Positions 39,939 through 53,504 of a stretch of 64,000 nt of DNA are shown here, piece by piece. Position 1 is the first letter of the stretch. Every line of letters begins with the position of its first letter. Source of the stretch: Octopus sinensis. Lineage: Eukaryota. The notes under the pieces are model-generated. The model did no database searches. It was not told the origin of the DNA and saw only the letters and a list, made by a program, of their open reading frames with translations. The translations under genes and the position numbers were made by a program. The stretch covers positions 45,892,464 to 45,956,463 of the forward strand of contig NC_043011.1 of NCBI RefSeq assembly GCF_006345805.1, written 5' to 3'.

Positions 39939-40225
39939 GGGTTTGTATGATCGTGTATAGAGGGATATATATGTAAATTCTTTAAACCCATGTTGTTACA
40001 GTACTGGGTCTTTATTCATGATGGCGAAGACACAAGGTTTGGTTCAAGGAAGAAGCAGAAAAGAGGAAGTTTGCCAATGTTCAGCGATGTGAGAACCAAT
40101 GAACTAAAGTATTTCAGATTGCAAGACAGTGTGCGAAAGAAAATTGTGATGTCACAGGGGAGAATGTGTCTGCAGGGATGATGGTGCACTTGCTTTTAAT
40201 GATTCTGAAAAGAAAGAGACTTGGG

Positions 40226-40340
40226 AGAGGATGCATGACTTAGTGGTTAGGGTGTTGCACTATGATGGTGGTGAGATCATAGTTTCAATCCCCAGATCGG
40301 GTGGTGTGTTGTGTTCTTGAGCAAAACATTTCATCTCTCA
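40226..40340 (+). mobile_element. tRNA-derived SINE head, family F (partial)
   Basis: GACTTAGTGGTTAGGGTG A-box, GTTTCAATCCC B-box-like motif and TGTGTTCTTGAGCAAAACA. Confidence 0.6.
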
Positions 40341-40592
40341 TGTTGTTCTGTAATCACTTTGACACCTGACATGTGGTGCACCATGCACCTGTTCAGTCAA
40401 TGTCAATTGAGTGAAGGGAGTGAGCTAAAAGGTGGCACAAACATTTGGTTACCACAAACACATTTGTGCCGGTTGTTTGGCAACAGCTAAGCACCCATAC
40501 ATCGTCTTTGACAGGAGAGCCCATCATATGCAAAAATATGCATATATATAAATGTATGTGCATATAGATGTGTGTGTGTGTGTGTGTGTGTG

Positions 40593-40870
40593 ATCATCAT
40601 CATCATCGTTTAATGTCCGTTTTCCATGCTAGCATGGGTTGGACGGTTCGTCCGGGGCCTGGGAAGCCAAAAGGCTGCACCAGGCTCCAGTCTGATCTGG
40701 TAGTGTTTCTACAGCTGGATGCGCTTCCTAACACCAACCACTCTGTGAGTGTAGTGGGTGCTTTTTACGTGTCACTGGCACAGGTGCCAGGGGAGGCTGG
40801 CAGCAGCCACACGATCGATTGGTGCTTTTTACGTGCCACCAGCATGGAGGCCAGACAAGGCGACGCTGGC
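40593..40870 (-). mobile_element. SINE-like family C
   Basis: High similarity to the 37076 copy. Confidence 0.8.
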
Positions 40871-40882
40871 ATATATATATAT

Positions 40883-41193
40883 ATCACATGATCATGTGAC
40901 CGACCGGGCTGTCTGATGTTGCTACACATCGCTGGTCACAATGCGCTTCACATTGTTTTAGCCTTCAAATGACGCCACCCCACTGGCTAAGCAAGCAGGC
41001 CAAGAGAAGAAAGAGTGAGAGAAAATTGTGGAAAAAGAGTACAGCAGAGATCGCTACCACCCCCTGCTGGAGCCTTGAGGAGCTTTTAGGTGTTTTGGCG
41101 CAATAAATAAACACAATAAACACAATGCCCTGTCTGGGAATCGAAACCATGATCCTACGACCACGAGTCCACTGCCCTAACCACTGGGCCATG
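40883..41193 (-). mobile_element. tRNA-derived SINE, family G
   Basis: Minus-strand head TGGCCCAGTGGTTAGGGCAG...GGTTTCGATTCCCAG with A and B boxes. Confidence 0.7.
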
Positions 41194-41636
41194 AGTATAT
41201 ATATATATACACACACATGTATATCTATCTGTCTGTGTATTTGTGTGTAAAATATCTATGAAAATATTGCAATATTTGAGAAGGCGAAATGCATGAATTT
41301 TCCTTTAATTCTAATAGACTGAGTGTTTGGTGAAGAATTGAGGCATTGAATTGCACCAGCTGGAACATAAGTAGGTCATAGAAAAAAATAATATGTTTTT
41401 CTTAATTTGTAATCATAGAAGAACTAATTAACGGTAGATACACATAATTATACATACAGGGGTTAAAAAGCAATACTGAACATACAGTATTTTTGAAACC
41501 ATAAATGATTTCAAAATTAATTAATTTATCAGAATTTATAAGTATGTACATGTGTGTGTGTGTGTGGTGTGTGTGTGTGTGTGTGTGTATACACACACAG
41601 AGTATATACACACAGAGTGTGTATATATACACACAG

Positions 41637-41860
41637 CGGTGAGCTGGCAGAAACGTTAGCATGCTGGGCGAAATGCTTAGCGGTATTTTGTCTGCCGCTA
41701 CGTTCTGAGTTCAAATTCCGCCGAGGTCGACTTTGCCTTTCATCCTTTCGGGGTCGATAAATTAAGTACCAGTTCACTGGGGTCGATGTAATCGACTTAA
41801 TCCGTTTGTCTGTCCTTATTTGTCCCGTCTGTGTTTAGCCCCTTGTGGGTAGTAAAGAAA
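41637..41860 (+). mobile_element. SINE family A with 17-bp TSD
   Basis: Flanked by TGTATATATACACACAG at 41620-41636 and 41861-41877. Intact-looking A and B boxes. Confidence 0.9.
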
Positions 41861-42194
41861 TGTATATATACACACAGATATCACCTGAATAAACCAGACT
41901 ACTGGAAGTTGTTATACACCATTAGTCACAAGATACTTCTTGTTCTTTCTTGTGAACCTTGTAACATGTCTGGCACTGCAGAACTTCTACTTTTGGTAGT
42001 CCTCAATCACATCATTCACACTACACTTGAAATAATGTATATATGAAGCAAAGTGAAAAATTATCTGCACTTTTGCCATAACATCATCATCATCATCATT
42101 TAGCGTCTGTTTTCCATGCTAGCTAACGCCAACATATCTTCATTATTGTCACACTGCCTTCTGTACATGCACACTTTTGGTTGGTACTCTTGTT

Positions 42195-42970
42195 ATCATG
42201 TGATTGAAGTATGAACCTGATTGTGCCATTTTTTCTTTCTGGATTTCCAGTGTAAGCATGGCCACTCGATTAGCAATGTGCACCAAAGAAGGACAAAGAG
42301 CAGTGATCTGATTTCTCTGGTTGGAAGGTGTGTCAGGTGCTGAAATTCATCAGAGGCTTTTGGCACAATATGGGGATAGTGCACTACTACCATGTAGAAG
42401 TGATGGAGAGGAAACATCCTAGCTTTCCAGTGACAAAGAAATTCAAGACTCAGCCTTCCACGGGAAAGGTGATGCTAACCCTCTTTTGGTAATCAAAAGG
42501 GCTTATACTGGAAGACTGGAAAAGGGGTTGTTGATTAACAATGCAAGATACAGTGTTTTGTTGGGTGACAAACTGTAGTCAGCAAGTCACATCAAACGCT
42601 GAAGCCTGTTGTTGAGAAAAGTTTTGTTGTTGCATGCCAATACACACAGCTGCTCAGGCCATTGAAACCATTAACCAACTGGATTTTGAGGTGCTGGAAC
42701 ACCTTGCCTACAGCTCAGATTTTGCCCCTTCTCATAATCATATCTTTGGACAGCTCAAAGATGGTTTACAAGGTTGTCGATTTCCTATGGAGGAAAATGT
42801 GAAGGAAGCCGTGTATGACCAAACAAAAACCTTCTTCTTGGAGGGAATACACAAGCTTGTGGACTTCTGGATCAAGTGCATCAAAAAAGATGGAGACTAT
42901 ATAGAAAAATTGCTTTTGTGTAAATACAATGAAAAAACAAGAGTGTATATAAGTTTTTACTCTGCCTCGT
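42195..42970 (+). mobile_element. Decayed mariner transposase (catalytic and C-terminal part)
   Basis: KKFKTQPSTGKVMLTLFW and HTAAQ...EVLEHLAYSSDFAPS...FGQLKDGLQG.RF...GIHKLVDFWIKCIKKDGDYIEK motifs. Confidence 0.88.
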
Positions 42971-43776
42971 GTATATATATATACATATAATTTTAAATAA
43001 CTACAATATGATAAAAATTTATTAAAATTAGAATTTTTTAGAAATTTCTAGACAGTGTAGACTTTGATAATTCTTTATTTCTGTTAGTAAAAGTTACATA
43101 CTCCAAACTATTTAATAACTAGCATTCTTTATTATAGTATAAATATGTTAAACTGACTCTACTTCATCCTGTATCTATTGTCAACTATCACCTCCTATCA
43201 TTATATCCATGTTTGCTTTTGCCTAACATTCCATTCCTGTCTATTCTCTGTAAACTGTGTAGCTATCATCCTGCTCCTAGTCCTTTAACTGACATTTTCT
43301 CTCTTTGATTACATTACCTGTCTTATGTTACTGAGTATTCTTTAGAAAGTCCAGACCAAGCTCTCTTGCACACCCTCAAAAGTGATTGGTACATTTATAC
43401 ATATAAAACAGTTCTGTCTCATCAAAGGATTTAACAACCTCCCTACTGTTGCTGCCATGAAAAATACACCCAATACTCTCTGTAAAGTGGACTGCAAATG
43501 AGCGGAGGACGTGTAAGGTTGTGAGGTCCTTTTACTTGTCTTGAAAATGTCTCATCAACCTTTCTAGTACTGGTGCTATAAAAAAATGAAACCAGTTCTG
43601 TTTGTAAAGTGGTTGGCAATAGAAAATAATGACCTGTATGAGCACCAGTCAGTGAGAACAGTGACTTCTGATAAGAAAGAACTTGGACTATGATGACCTG
43701 CCCAAACCATGCTATCATATAAAGCAGATGTAAAATGATGATCATATGTATGTGTGCATGCATGTGTGTGTGTGTG

Positions 43777-43813
<37 letters not shown>

Positions 43814-45064
43814 TGATTATGTCATGTAAGCACACATGTTTTTATACAGAACTCAACCAATGCTTCTCTGTTACAGAAAGCAAACAGATTCAGACACCTG
43901 AAGTAATTTATCAATATATAGATCTAAATTCTGTTAGTATGAAATCCATTCAATCAATTCATTAACACAGTTTTCAACTAGCAAAAGCTATATTTCGGTT
44001 ACAGCTCATTGGCCATGCTGTTGTTGCCACAGAGCGAAGCCCAATTTATGTAATAAAGTAAATCATTGACCTTAATGTTTTGCCAAACAGTAAAATATTT
44101 ACAAATGAACTGATATTCCCATTGCAATAAAACAGGATAAAAATCCTCAGTATGTGGAGAGTATCATCTGTCAGTACTCATGATCGCAGATAAGATCAGA
44201 AATCAATACCAGCAGTTCGTTCTGGGAAAGGAAATTCTCCCTTGAAAATTGATGAGTTATGTCAACATAAATTAATGGTAAAAAAAAGTTGATGAATGGT
44301 AGCAACTGTGTGAGCCACCAATGGAAGCAGAGAATTTGGCTAATAGCGCTTCTGTCTTACTATAACATGTCAAGCATGGTAGAATGCGATTGAATTATTC
44401 TAACGAGTTATTGATCATGCTGCTATGATGTTATTTTCAAGGTAGCATACACTACAGTAGTCAGATAAATATTCTGGTTCTCAGAAGATATTGGAAAGAA
44501 GGAGGTGAGAGGAGACCGAAAAACTGAATTCTATAATTAACTCTAATATTAAATACAAGTTCTTGACTAGATTGAAAAATAGTTTATTTCAAATATATCG
44601 GTTGTTTAGCTTATTTTTTAAAGGTAAACTCCATTTAAATTACAATGCAATCCTGGATGTTTCTAAACATTTGATGCAACGTTTATTAGCTGAGAAATGT
44701 AATTTATTTTTGTATATAATTATTTAGGACAGTTTGTAGTTTCCAGATTACAGCTGAATTCTGAGTTTAGTCTTTTCATCAGCATCATCATCTTTACCAC
44801 CAATCTCTTCCTTACACTGTTCTATTAGGAATTTCCTAAGCTTTATCTTTCACCACTACCCATTGAAACATGCCAATGCTGCCCATCACAAAAAGCATGT
44901 ATCAGGCAGACGCACATATATAATACAATTTCCTTTCCTTAAGAAATGAATCATTAGTCTCCACAAATATTCTTACATAATCATACGAAATAAAATACCT
45001 ATGTGTGTGTGTGTGTGTGTGCATGTGTATAGATATGGATATGTGTATGTATACATAAAAAAAT

Positions 45065-45315
45065 AAATGCGCCCTTTTAAAGCCTAGCTAGGCTCATGGG
45101 TCCAGTTTCCCAGTTTCAAAGGCATATGTGTTCCCCAGGTGGACGGGACACCAGTCCATCGCAGCATTACTCATTTTTGCCAGCTGAGTGGACTGGAGCA
45201 ACATGAAATGAAGTGTTTTGCTCAAGAACACAACACGTTGCCTGGTCCAGGGATCGAAACCACAATCTTACGATCATGATGCTGACACCCTAACCACTAA
45301 GCCACGTGCCTCCAC
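45065..45315 (-). mobile_element. tRNA-derived SINE, family F
   Basis: Minus-strand head GGCTTAGTGGTTAGGGTG...GGTTTCGATCCC, then TGTGTTCTTGAGCAAAACACTTCATTTC. Confidence 0.8.
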
Positions 45316-45763
45316 GTATTTATACATACACACATAATTTATCCATCAATGAACCTCCTATAAGAAATATTTGTTCATTAAATTACAACATTGTTTAACT
45401 GATTAAATTGACAATACAGAACTGGATATCTGAAATGGCTGTTAAAGTGTCAAGAAATTCATTAAAATAAACATATGTTGCTGAATGATATAATCTAGTT
45501 TAGATGTTTTATTGAATGAAAAACTTAATTTGGATAGTATAAATAGGACATTCAGAGTATTTAGTATGAAGGTATATTGCTGGCATAGGTAGAGGTACAG
45601 CTTACAGCATGCTTTCTCCGTCGATTTGTTTAATGAGGTTTGTGGTATGGTTTAATTGTAGAGGTATTTAGATTTAAGCTCTATAACTTAAATCATGTAA
45701 AATACTTTTAGCTGAAGAAGTCTTCACTCTTACAATTCATTCTTCCTTTGTGGGAAATGAACT

Positions 45764-46211
45764 TTAACCCTTTTGAAACCAATCCGGCTGAAACCTATTT
45801 CTTTACTACCCACAAGGGGCTAAACACAGAGAGGACAAACAAGGTCAGACAAATGGATTAAGTCGATTATATCGACCCCAGTGTGAAACTGGTACTTATT
45901 TAATCGACCCTGGAAGGATGAAAGGCAGTCAACCTCAACGGAATTTGAACTCAGAAATACCATTAAGCATTTCGCCCAGTGTGCTAACGTTTCTGCCAGC
46001 TCACTGCCAACTGCTTCTGGCTTTGTAGTACAAATGTCTTGTTTCCAAAAGTTCTGAATTAAAATCTTCTGACAAATCTTAGTCACAATTTATGATCCTA
46101 ACACTAGTTTATTGATAGTTAAGTTATTTTACTAAATTCTTTGTTATATTTAAAATTAATTAAAAGAAACGCAGAGAATCTCAAAAGAAATATGGTTAAA
46201 AAAGGGGTTAA
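45764..46211 (-). mobile_element. piggyBac-like MITE E interrupted by a SINE A copy (about 45797-46008)
   Basis: TTAA flanks; the two MITE halves match the 35881 copy and are separated by a SINE A. Confidence 0.85.
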
Positions 46212-46329
46212 GGGGAATTTGTAAAAGAAAACAATGTCCTGTAATTTCTGCTGTTGTTTCTATATGTGACCATGCCTCACTACAAAAGATGTGAACAGTT
46301 TCAATGTAAGCTTTGAAAGGAGTAGTAAT

Positions 46330-46555
46330 TTAATCCAGCCTTCTCTCTCCATGCCACCAATGTTATCCAAGGTAAAGGTAAAGGTCGATAAACTTGGCAC
46401 CAGCGACATTGCAACTCATTTCAACAGTTGAGTGAGCTGGAGCAGCATAAAATAAAGTGTCTTGCTCAAGAACACAATGCATAGCCTGTTCTGGGAATCG
46501 AACTCAGTACCTCATGATTGTGAGCCCAATGTTCTAACTACTGAGCTATACATCT
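46330..46555 (-). mobile_element. tRNA-derived SINE (family F-related, partial)
   Basis: CTTGCTCAAGAACACAA...GGAATCGAACTC...CTAACTACTGAGC on the plus strand; similar to the 53505 copy. Confidence 0.65.
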
Positions 46556-46899
46556 TCATTGTGAGGCATAAGTCATCAACAAAGACCCTGTTATGTACTT
46601 GTGCCCTTTCACATGGTAATCTTAATGAGATGTGTTTTGCTGAAGTGGCAACAGACAGCACAATATAGAGACTGTTATACAATGACACCTTTATAGAAGA
46701 AGTGACAGTAATATAGTTCCTTATTAGCCCTCTTCCTATACAATTATATTTAAACTTTGTCATATTCTATCGAAAGGAAAAGGAAAAAAACAGATGGTTT
46801 TGTTTTGTAAGATAACACAAGATTTATTAGTAGTGCAAGAAAACTCTTTAACCGAAATATATATTTTGATATAGTACCACTTTTTTATATACACACATT

Positions 46900-47330
46900 A
46901 GTTTATGATTTTAAATGTGTGTGTGTGTTTGTATGAGTGTATGTGTATCTATATATATATGTATACATATATACACACACATATATATAGGTATATACGA
47001 ATATATACATATGTATATATATATATACACACACATATATATGTATGTATATATGTATGTATATGTATATATGTATGTATATATATACACACACATGTAT
47101 ATATGTATGTATATATATATTTATACACATGTATGTATATATATATATATACATGTATGTATATATATATATATACATGTATGTATATATATATGTATAT
47201 ATTTATATATACATACACACATGTATGTATTTATATATATTTGTGTGTGTGTGTATATATGTATGTGTGTATATGTATATATTATATATGTGTATATATG
47301 TATATATATATATATATATAGTATATATAA
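46900..47330. repeat. Complex TA/TG/CA microsatellite
   Basis: Directly visible low-complexity run. Similar runs at 1870-2240, 3585-3678, 29980-30105, 50780-50910 and 60560-60660. Confidence 0.95.
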
Positions 47331-49164
47331 AACCCAGGTAAACACAGAAAAACATATGTAAATAAAATGATGATATCAGTTGTCAATTTGGCAGTTTTCA
47401 GTTTGTGTCTTCTACTAGCATGCAACAGCACCTGTCTTTTGCTGAGCTGTAAATATTTTTCAGTAAATATACATCAAATTTTATTGCATTATTTGACTAT
47501 AAACACACGTACATATGTATTTATGTGTGTATGTATGTATGTATGTATGTTCAATGAGCTGCGTGAGTGAGAAGCACTGTTCTGACCTGTTTAGGTGAGC
47601 AGTATTCCCAATTAAGTACTGACTTAATTGAGAATACATCCAACCCATGCCAACATAGAAACTGGATGTAAAATGATGATGATTCTGATTTCACAGAGAC
47701 TGTCCATTTTGCCCTGTTACAAGTGACACCTATATCCATAATATTTATCGCATGTACGATGACCTGTAATGCAGACTTTAGGTGCATAGTCAGTGAGTAA
47801 TTACAAGACTCAGAATAGTAACACCGAATAATGTTAGCACTATAACAAATAATTACCTTCTCCTTTGGTACTGAGCACTTTTTCTTCTTGTTTGTAAATT
47901 TAAGCACACGCACACACACACACACACACCTACATACACAAACACACACACAAAGGTGCTGTTAAATTAATTATGACCTTCTTTGTTACTAAGATTAACA
48001 TTCTCTCTAGAGATATTAAAGCAAAAGTCAAAAAACTGACATCACTAATCCAATGGGATGATCCCTCATGCCATGTTAAAACCATGCAGACTTCATGATC
48101 CTTTAGAATGCTAAATTATTTGACTACAAGTTTGAAATCTGTCAATATATATGAGAAAAGGGTCAAAATTGGCAGGGAGGGGAAGTTGTCTATAAATAAA
48201 TTTAATAAAAAAAAAAAAGTTGGGGGGAATAATTAAATTACAATAATTTAATTGTTGTTCTTCTTTTGCTTGAGTTTTATGTAAAACTTGTGGTAGATAC
48301 CTGACATTAATTTTCAATACTATTAAATATCTTAAATGACCTAAACTCAGTTCACTGCATGGAGCTGCATGGCAGAAACAGAATAGATATTTGACATGTC
48401 TTCTGTAATATAATTTAATTGATAATATTGAATTTACTAGACAAATCTTGAAACACTTTTGTATAAATATTCTGGTGGGGATATTTCAGAAAACACATAA
48501 CTTTGCAATAAAGAATGCTTTAATACTTCTCTTTAAATACTGCTTTCAGTTAATGTTGTCTTCAGTGTAAATATCTGTAGGTGATTTCCTCATTTTGATC
48601 TCTTGAATATCCTATTTACAATTGACTACGAGTGAAATGGTGTCCAGAGACTGGCTTTAAACTTTGTTAATTGACATCACAAAATAGAGTCTGACTTTAA
48701 ATGGAAGCTGTGATAGAATTAGAGATGTATAACACCTTCTCCTTTTGTAATTAATGGCAGCATATTCAAACAGGATATTTCAATTAGGTTAATTTTAGTT
48801 AGTTTACTACTACTACTACTACTACTGCTGCTGCTACTGCTGCTGTTGTTGTCGATGTTAGAGTGGTGGATTACAGAATTGGCAGAGTGTTGGACTATCT
48901 GAAGTATTCAGTTATGTACCTTTACATTGCCAGTTCGAATCCCACCAAGATTTACTTTGCCTCTCATCATATGAAGTTCACTAAATTCAGTACCAAATAT
49001 CAACCAGGTTACCTGAACAGACTTAATTTGTAATATTGTTCCTAAGTTAGAAATTCTTGGGTGTTATCTTTCCTGTTATAATTATTGGGTCTTCCCATAA
49101 ATAATGCAGTTTTTTTATACTTCATTTATTTTTCAAAATTAAGATAAACAAAGTTTTTTTTAAA

Positions 49165-49600
49165 TCTAAAATATACTCTCCTTTGTTTTCTGCAATGCTC
49201 TTCCATCTATCTGGTAGACTTGCAAGGCTCCTCTTCCAAAATTCACTTATCCATAACGAAAAAAGACATCTGCAGTACTGTTCTGACCTTGTCTACAGAA
49301 TTCATATTTTTTTCGTCCAAATGATTTTGAAAACTGCAAAATACATTCTAATACTGGGGAAATGTCCAGTGAATATCATTTCCCATTCAAACTGCTCCAG
49401 CTTTTGGAACGTCATCCTTGTTGTATGTGGCTGAGTATTATCCTGATGGAAGAACACCTTTAGTCTTGAAGCCAAAGATGGTCATTTTTCTTCTAGTGCT
49501 GACTTAAACCACTCAAGATGCCTGCAGTAGATCTCTTTTGTTATCGTTTGGTTTTGGTTTAAAAGTTCAAAGTGAAGATTAGGCAAAGACTGCTGTGACT
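49165..49600 (-). mobile_element. Decayed mariner (Mos1/SETMAR-like) transposase C-terminal part
   Basis: Minus translation ELLNQNQTITKEIYC..., VFFHQDNTQPHT..TFQKLEQFEWE and SLASLPDRWKSIAENKGEYILD. Confidence 0.85.
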
Positions 49601-49790
49601 ATCTGGTCACTGCATGCACTACCCTGAACTGGAAACATCCAAATTAGTCTTGTGGAACCCACTTCATGGTGATGTAAGAAGAAGCAGGGATGATGGACCA
49701 TGAAGTGTGGTGAGTAGGCTTTGTTGTGGCTCAGGTTGGAACTCAGCAATAATAAAAATAATAATAATGATAATAATAATAAAAATAATA

Positions 49791-50130
49791 AACTAAAACA
49801 ATACCTGTTGTCATAGGTGCCTTGGGAATGATAGCAAAAGGGGCTGATTGCTACCTAGCTCAGATACCAGGAAGCCCCAAAATGGCAGAAATTCAAAAGA
49901 TAGTGTTCATGGGAACTGCCCATATCCTATGCAAAATACTTTCTATGTAATCTCAAGTTTTAAAACAAACACATAATTTTCTTATGGTTTCTCTAGAACA
50001 ATACAATGTATAAAACCAAATATATGGCATCCTAGACATAATACCAACATGAACTTCCAGTTTGATGACTCTTGAGGTCTCTGGGTGAGACTTGGAGCCA
50101 ACTTGTACAAATGTAAAACAAACGTCAAAC

Positions 50131-50135
<5 letters not shown>
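49791..50135 (+). mobile_element. 5'-truncated R4/Dong-like LINE 3' end inserted in a (TAA)n array
   Basis: KTIPVVIGALGMI...LAQIPGSPKMAEIQKIVFMGTAHILCKILSM* plus 3' UTR. (AAT)n runs on both sides (about 49748-49790 and 50133-50177). Confidence 0.8.
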
Positions 50136-50177
<42 letters not shown>

Positions 50178-50593
50178 TGTACCAGATTATTTTGAAAAAT
50201 TACACATGACAGATTAGGATCCTATTCGATGGAAAATCTGTTATCTACTTATCATTGTAAGTATCAAAGATAAGCACTTGGGTAAGATTTACCGTGTACA
50301 ATTTAACAATATAAATGACAAAGGTAAGCATTAGAGGAAGATCTATCTATCAGCTACTTAATGTTATGAATGCATCTGGTCATTACACTCAGCTTTCTTG
50401 ATGAAAGTAAATGAAATGGTTAAAAAAACCCCAGAAAATCACTCCAGTTCCTATATGTGAAGTAGCACTTCCCATAAGCTTTAACAGACTCAAAACACTT
50501 TCTTCAGAATGTTCTGCTGAAATTGGAGCATGTCTAATATGCCCATATGTCTTCATTGCCATCAAGTGCAATACAAGCTCATACACACTCACA

Positions 50594-50636
<43 letters not shown>

Positions 50637-51564
50637 GCATACATGCACACACATACACCTGATGGCCGCAACTTGGTTTTAAGATGTGCCATCACTGGAT
50701 TGTTCTCTTAACTATGAGCAGCATGAATGTAGTTTTTCAGTCCTGCTAGGGGCCTGCACATTTCAGCACAAACACACACACACACACACACCACACCATA
50801 CACAGACTTATAAATATTTATCCATATATGTATATATGTATGTGTGTATGTATATGTGTGCATATGTATGTAAATATATATATATACACATGTATGTACA
50901 TATATGTATATATGTCAATGATATTGTATGCCTTCATCTGTACTTTAACTTTCATACTGTATGTGTGCATTTAAAAACCCTTAAATGCCACATACAAAAC
51001 TTCTTAGCCAACAAACAATTGTAATAATACACACACATTCCCATATACATACTAATATATAATTAATTGTAAATCACATAATTATAAAATATATATTTGC
51101 TAAAGTTTGAAAAATTGCATAATTAATTGTGTATGGTGAAAACATCATGCAAGATGATAAAAAGTAGTTTTCTTTCTAATAAATACCTTTCTTACTTCCG
51201 TATTAAAAAGAAATTAAGTATGTCATTAAAACATATATGATCTAAAATTGAAATTAATGAATTATTTGAAATCTCAATTATTAATATATTTCATTTTATG
51301 TATGACTTGTTAATTTAGTACAAAGTAGACTTAGACTATAAAAGCCTTCTTAAATAAATGCCACGCCCAGACACTTATTTTACAACAATTAAAAATATTG
51401 AAGAACACCAAATTGTAACAACTACTGGAAAATTTGTCAGGTATATTCACAGGTTATTGTATAAATAGATACTGGTTCCACTTGTGGTGACAAACTGGAA
51501 ATATTATGTTTCAACACTCTGACATTCTACAAGTGAGAAACATTGTAAGTGTAATATTGGTTTC

Positions 51565-52000
51565 AAATTTTGGCACAAGGTCAACAATTTCAGTGGGTGG
51601 GTAAGTTGATTACATTAATCCCAGTGCTCAACTAGTACATAATTTATCAATCCCCAAAAGGATGAAAGGCAAAGTTGACCTCAGCAAGATTTGAACTCAG
51701 AATGGGGAGATGAACGAAATTCTGCTAAGCCTTTTGTCCAGCTTACTAATGACTCTACCAGCTCATTGCCTTTATATTCTTTTCTACTCTAGGCACAAGG
51801 CCTGAAATTTTGGGGGAGGGGGTGCCAGTCGACTAGATTGACCCCAGTATGCAACTGGTATTTAATTTATCGACCCCGAAAAGATAAAAGGCAAAGTTGA
51901 TGTCGGTGGAATTTGAACTCAGAATGTAAAAGACATGAAATACTGGTAGGCATATTGCCCAACATGCTTACGTTTCTGCCAGCTTGCGGTCTTTCATTGC
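51565..52000 (-). mobile_element. Two tandem diverged SINE A-related copies
   Basis: Two successive matches to GATGAAAGGCAAAGTTGACCTC...TTTGAACTCAGAA (about 51565-51770 and 51776-52000). Confidence 0.7.
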
Positions 52001-53299
52001 CTTCATATTGTGTAATATTGATACACATAGGAAATAGTAGATTGCTTCAAAAACATTAATGTTCTAATTAGTAATCACTTATCACAGTATTTTATTGTAT
52101 GTAGTGCAGATTCTATTTATAAGCACAAGACCTTACATTCTGAGTGCTAAGTAGATGAAATAATTTAACCTCCGCTAACTTTTTCCTGTGTAAAGTGAAA
52201 TGATACAGCTTGAACTGGGAGATGTATTTGGATTATACATTCATCTCAGTGGTGGTTTAGTTCTGTTATTGTACTTATTAAATACCAGTTAACAAGAGAC
52301 TTGTTTGGAGGATTTTTTTCTCTTTGTTCTCAGACATAATGAACTAATTTTCAATTTGTTCTTCCTTCATTAGTGGATCAAAAAGACAGATCAGAAGGTT
52401 TGTTACATAGTTTAAATGATCCTAGTGGATTAAATAATCTCTGTTACTACATCAAAGGAATATAATAAGTCATTATTGAATGAGTAAAATATTCCATTCC
52501 ACCAGAGATATATTTTAATCAATGTTATTATCTCTTATTGTTTAAAGTATAGTCACACTTGAAAAAAGAAAAAAAAAGAAAGCACAAACAAAATAAAAAT
52601 ATGGAGATATTTGAGTAATCAACATGATGTATATCATCTCTAATTTAATTTTACCAAAATATAAATCTTTTCAGGTAATACAATTAATAACAAAAAGATA
52701 TATTTCTTGTGGGTTTATTGTAACTTTAAAGTTATGTCATAAAAATACCAAGTTTCCTTCTGTCAGAATATGTTACAATTCTCGTTCTTTGTTTTTCCTT
52801 GTTAATATTTTTTTTTAAAAGTCAATTCAGCTTTGACTTATTTCCATGGTTAAATCAAGAAGTATATATAATAAAAAATGAAAAACTTTAAAATACTTTT
52901 TTTATGTTTTGAAATTTGTATCATTTGTAATTTTTTAGAGTTTTCTTAAAGTTTTAAACTTATATATATATGTTTATATATAATAGTAATTATTCCATTG
53001 TAATATATATATATATATATTCATATATATTTAGAGAGATATAGATATCTGTATATACATATATATATATATGTATACATATGTGTATATAAACTTGTAT
53101 TGTACCTGACCACTGTATACAATAAGCTCATTATTATATATATAAATATTTATGAGTAAATATGCCAGTAGGTATATATACAAGCATACATATTTTATGA
53201 TGAAGATGAAAGAAAAATGTGTTCAACAGTATTAGACCACCAATGATACCGGCAAACATATACAGGATGTATTGACAGATGGTGAAGAAGAGATATTAC

Positions 53300-53424
53300 C
53301 TGCTTGAATCCCCTGTACATTATCTGTAGTTCTTTCCTGGAAAACTTTGTGTTTCGGCACAGTACATCCAGCCCCTCAGGCTTGTACCGCACCATTTGCA
53401 TTTCCAGATCATCGATGTCATGAT
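53300..53424 (-). CDS. KCNIP: Internal coding exon of a Kv channel-interacting protein (KChIP/calsenilin, NCS family): (D)HDIDDLEMQMVRYKPEGLDVLCRNTKFSRKELQIMYRGFKQ
   Basis: 125-nt exon with acceptor ttattttatcttgcag|AT and donor AAGCAG|gtaata, phase 1 in and phase 0 out. The peptide matches the KChIP core-start motif (ELEM..V..RPEGL..L...T.F...ELQ..YRGFK), and the exon ends where KChIP genes splice before ECP.G. Family-level call only; paralog not assignable. Confidence 0.92.
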
Positions 53425-53504
53425 CTGCAAGATAAAATAATAAATAGGTTAGATGACAGATAAAGCAACATACTCTGATATTAAATATATATATATGTAT
53501 ACAA

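Noticed and set aside
53195-53299. ORF continuation VISLLHHLSIHPV... after FKQ
   Set aside because: Read-through past a clear GT donor; similarity to KChIP stops at that point.
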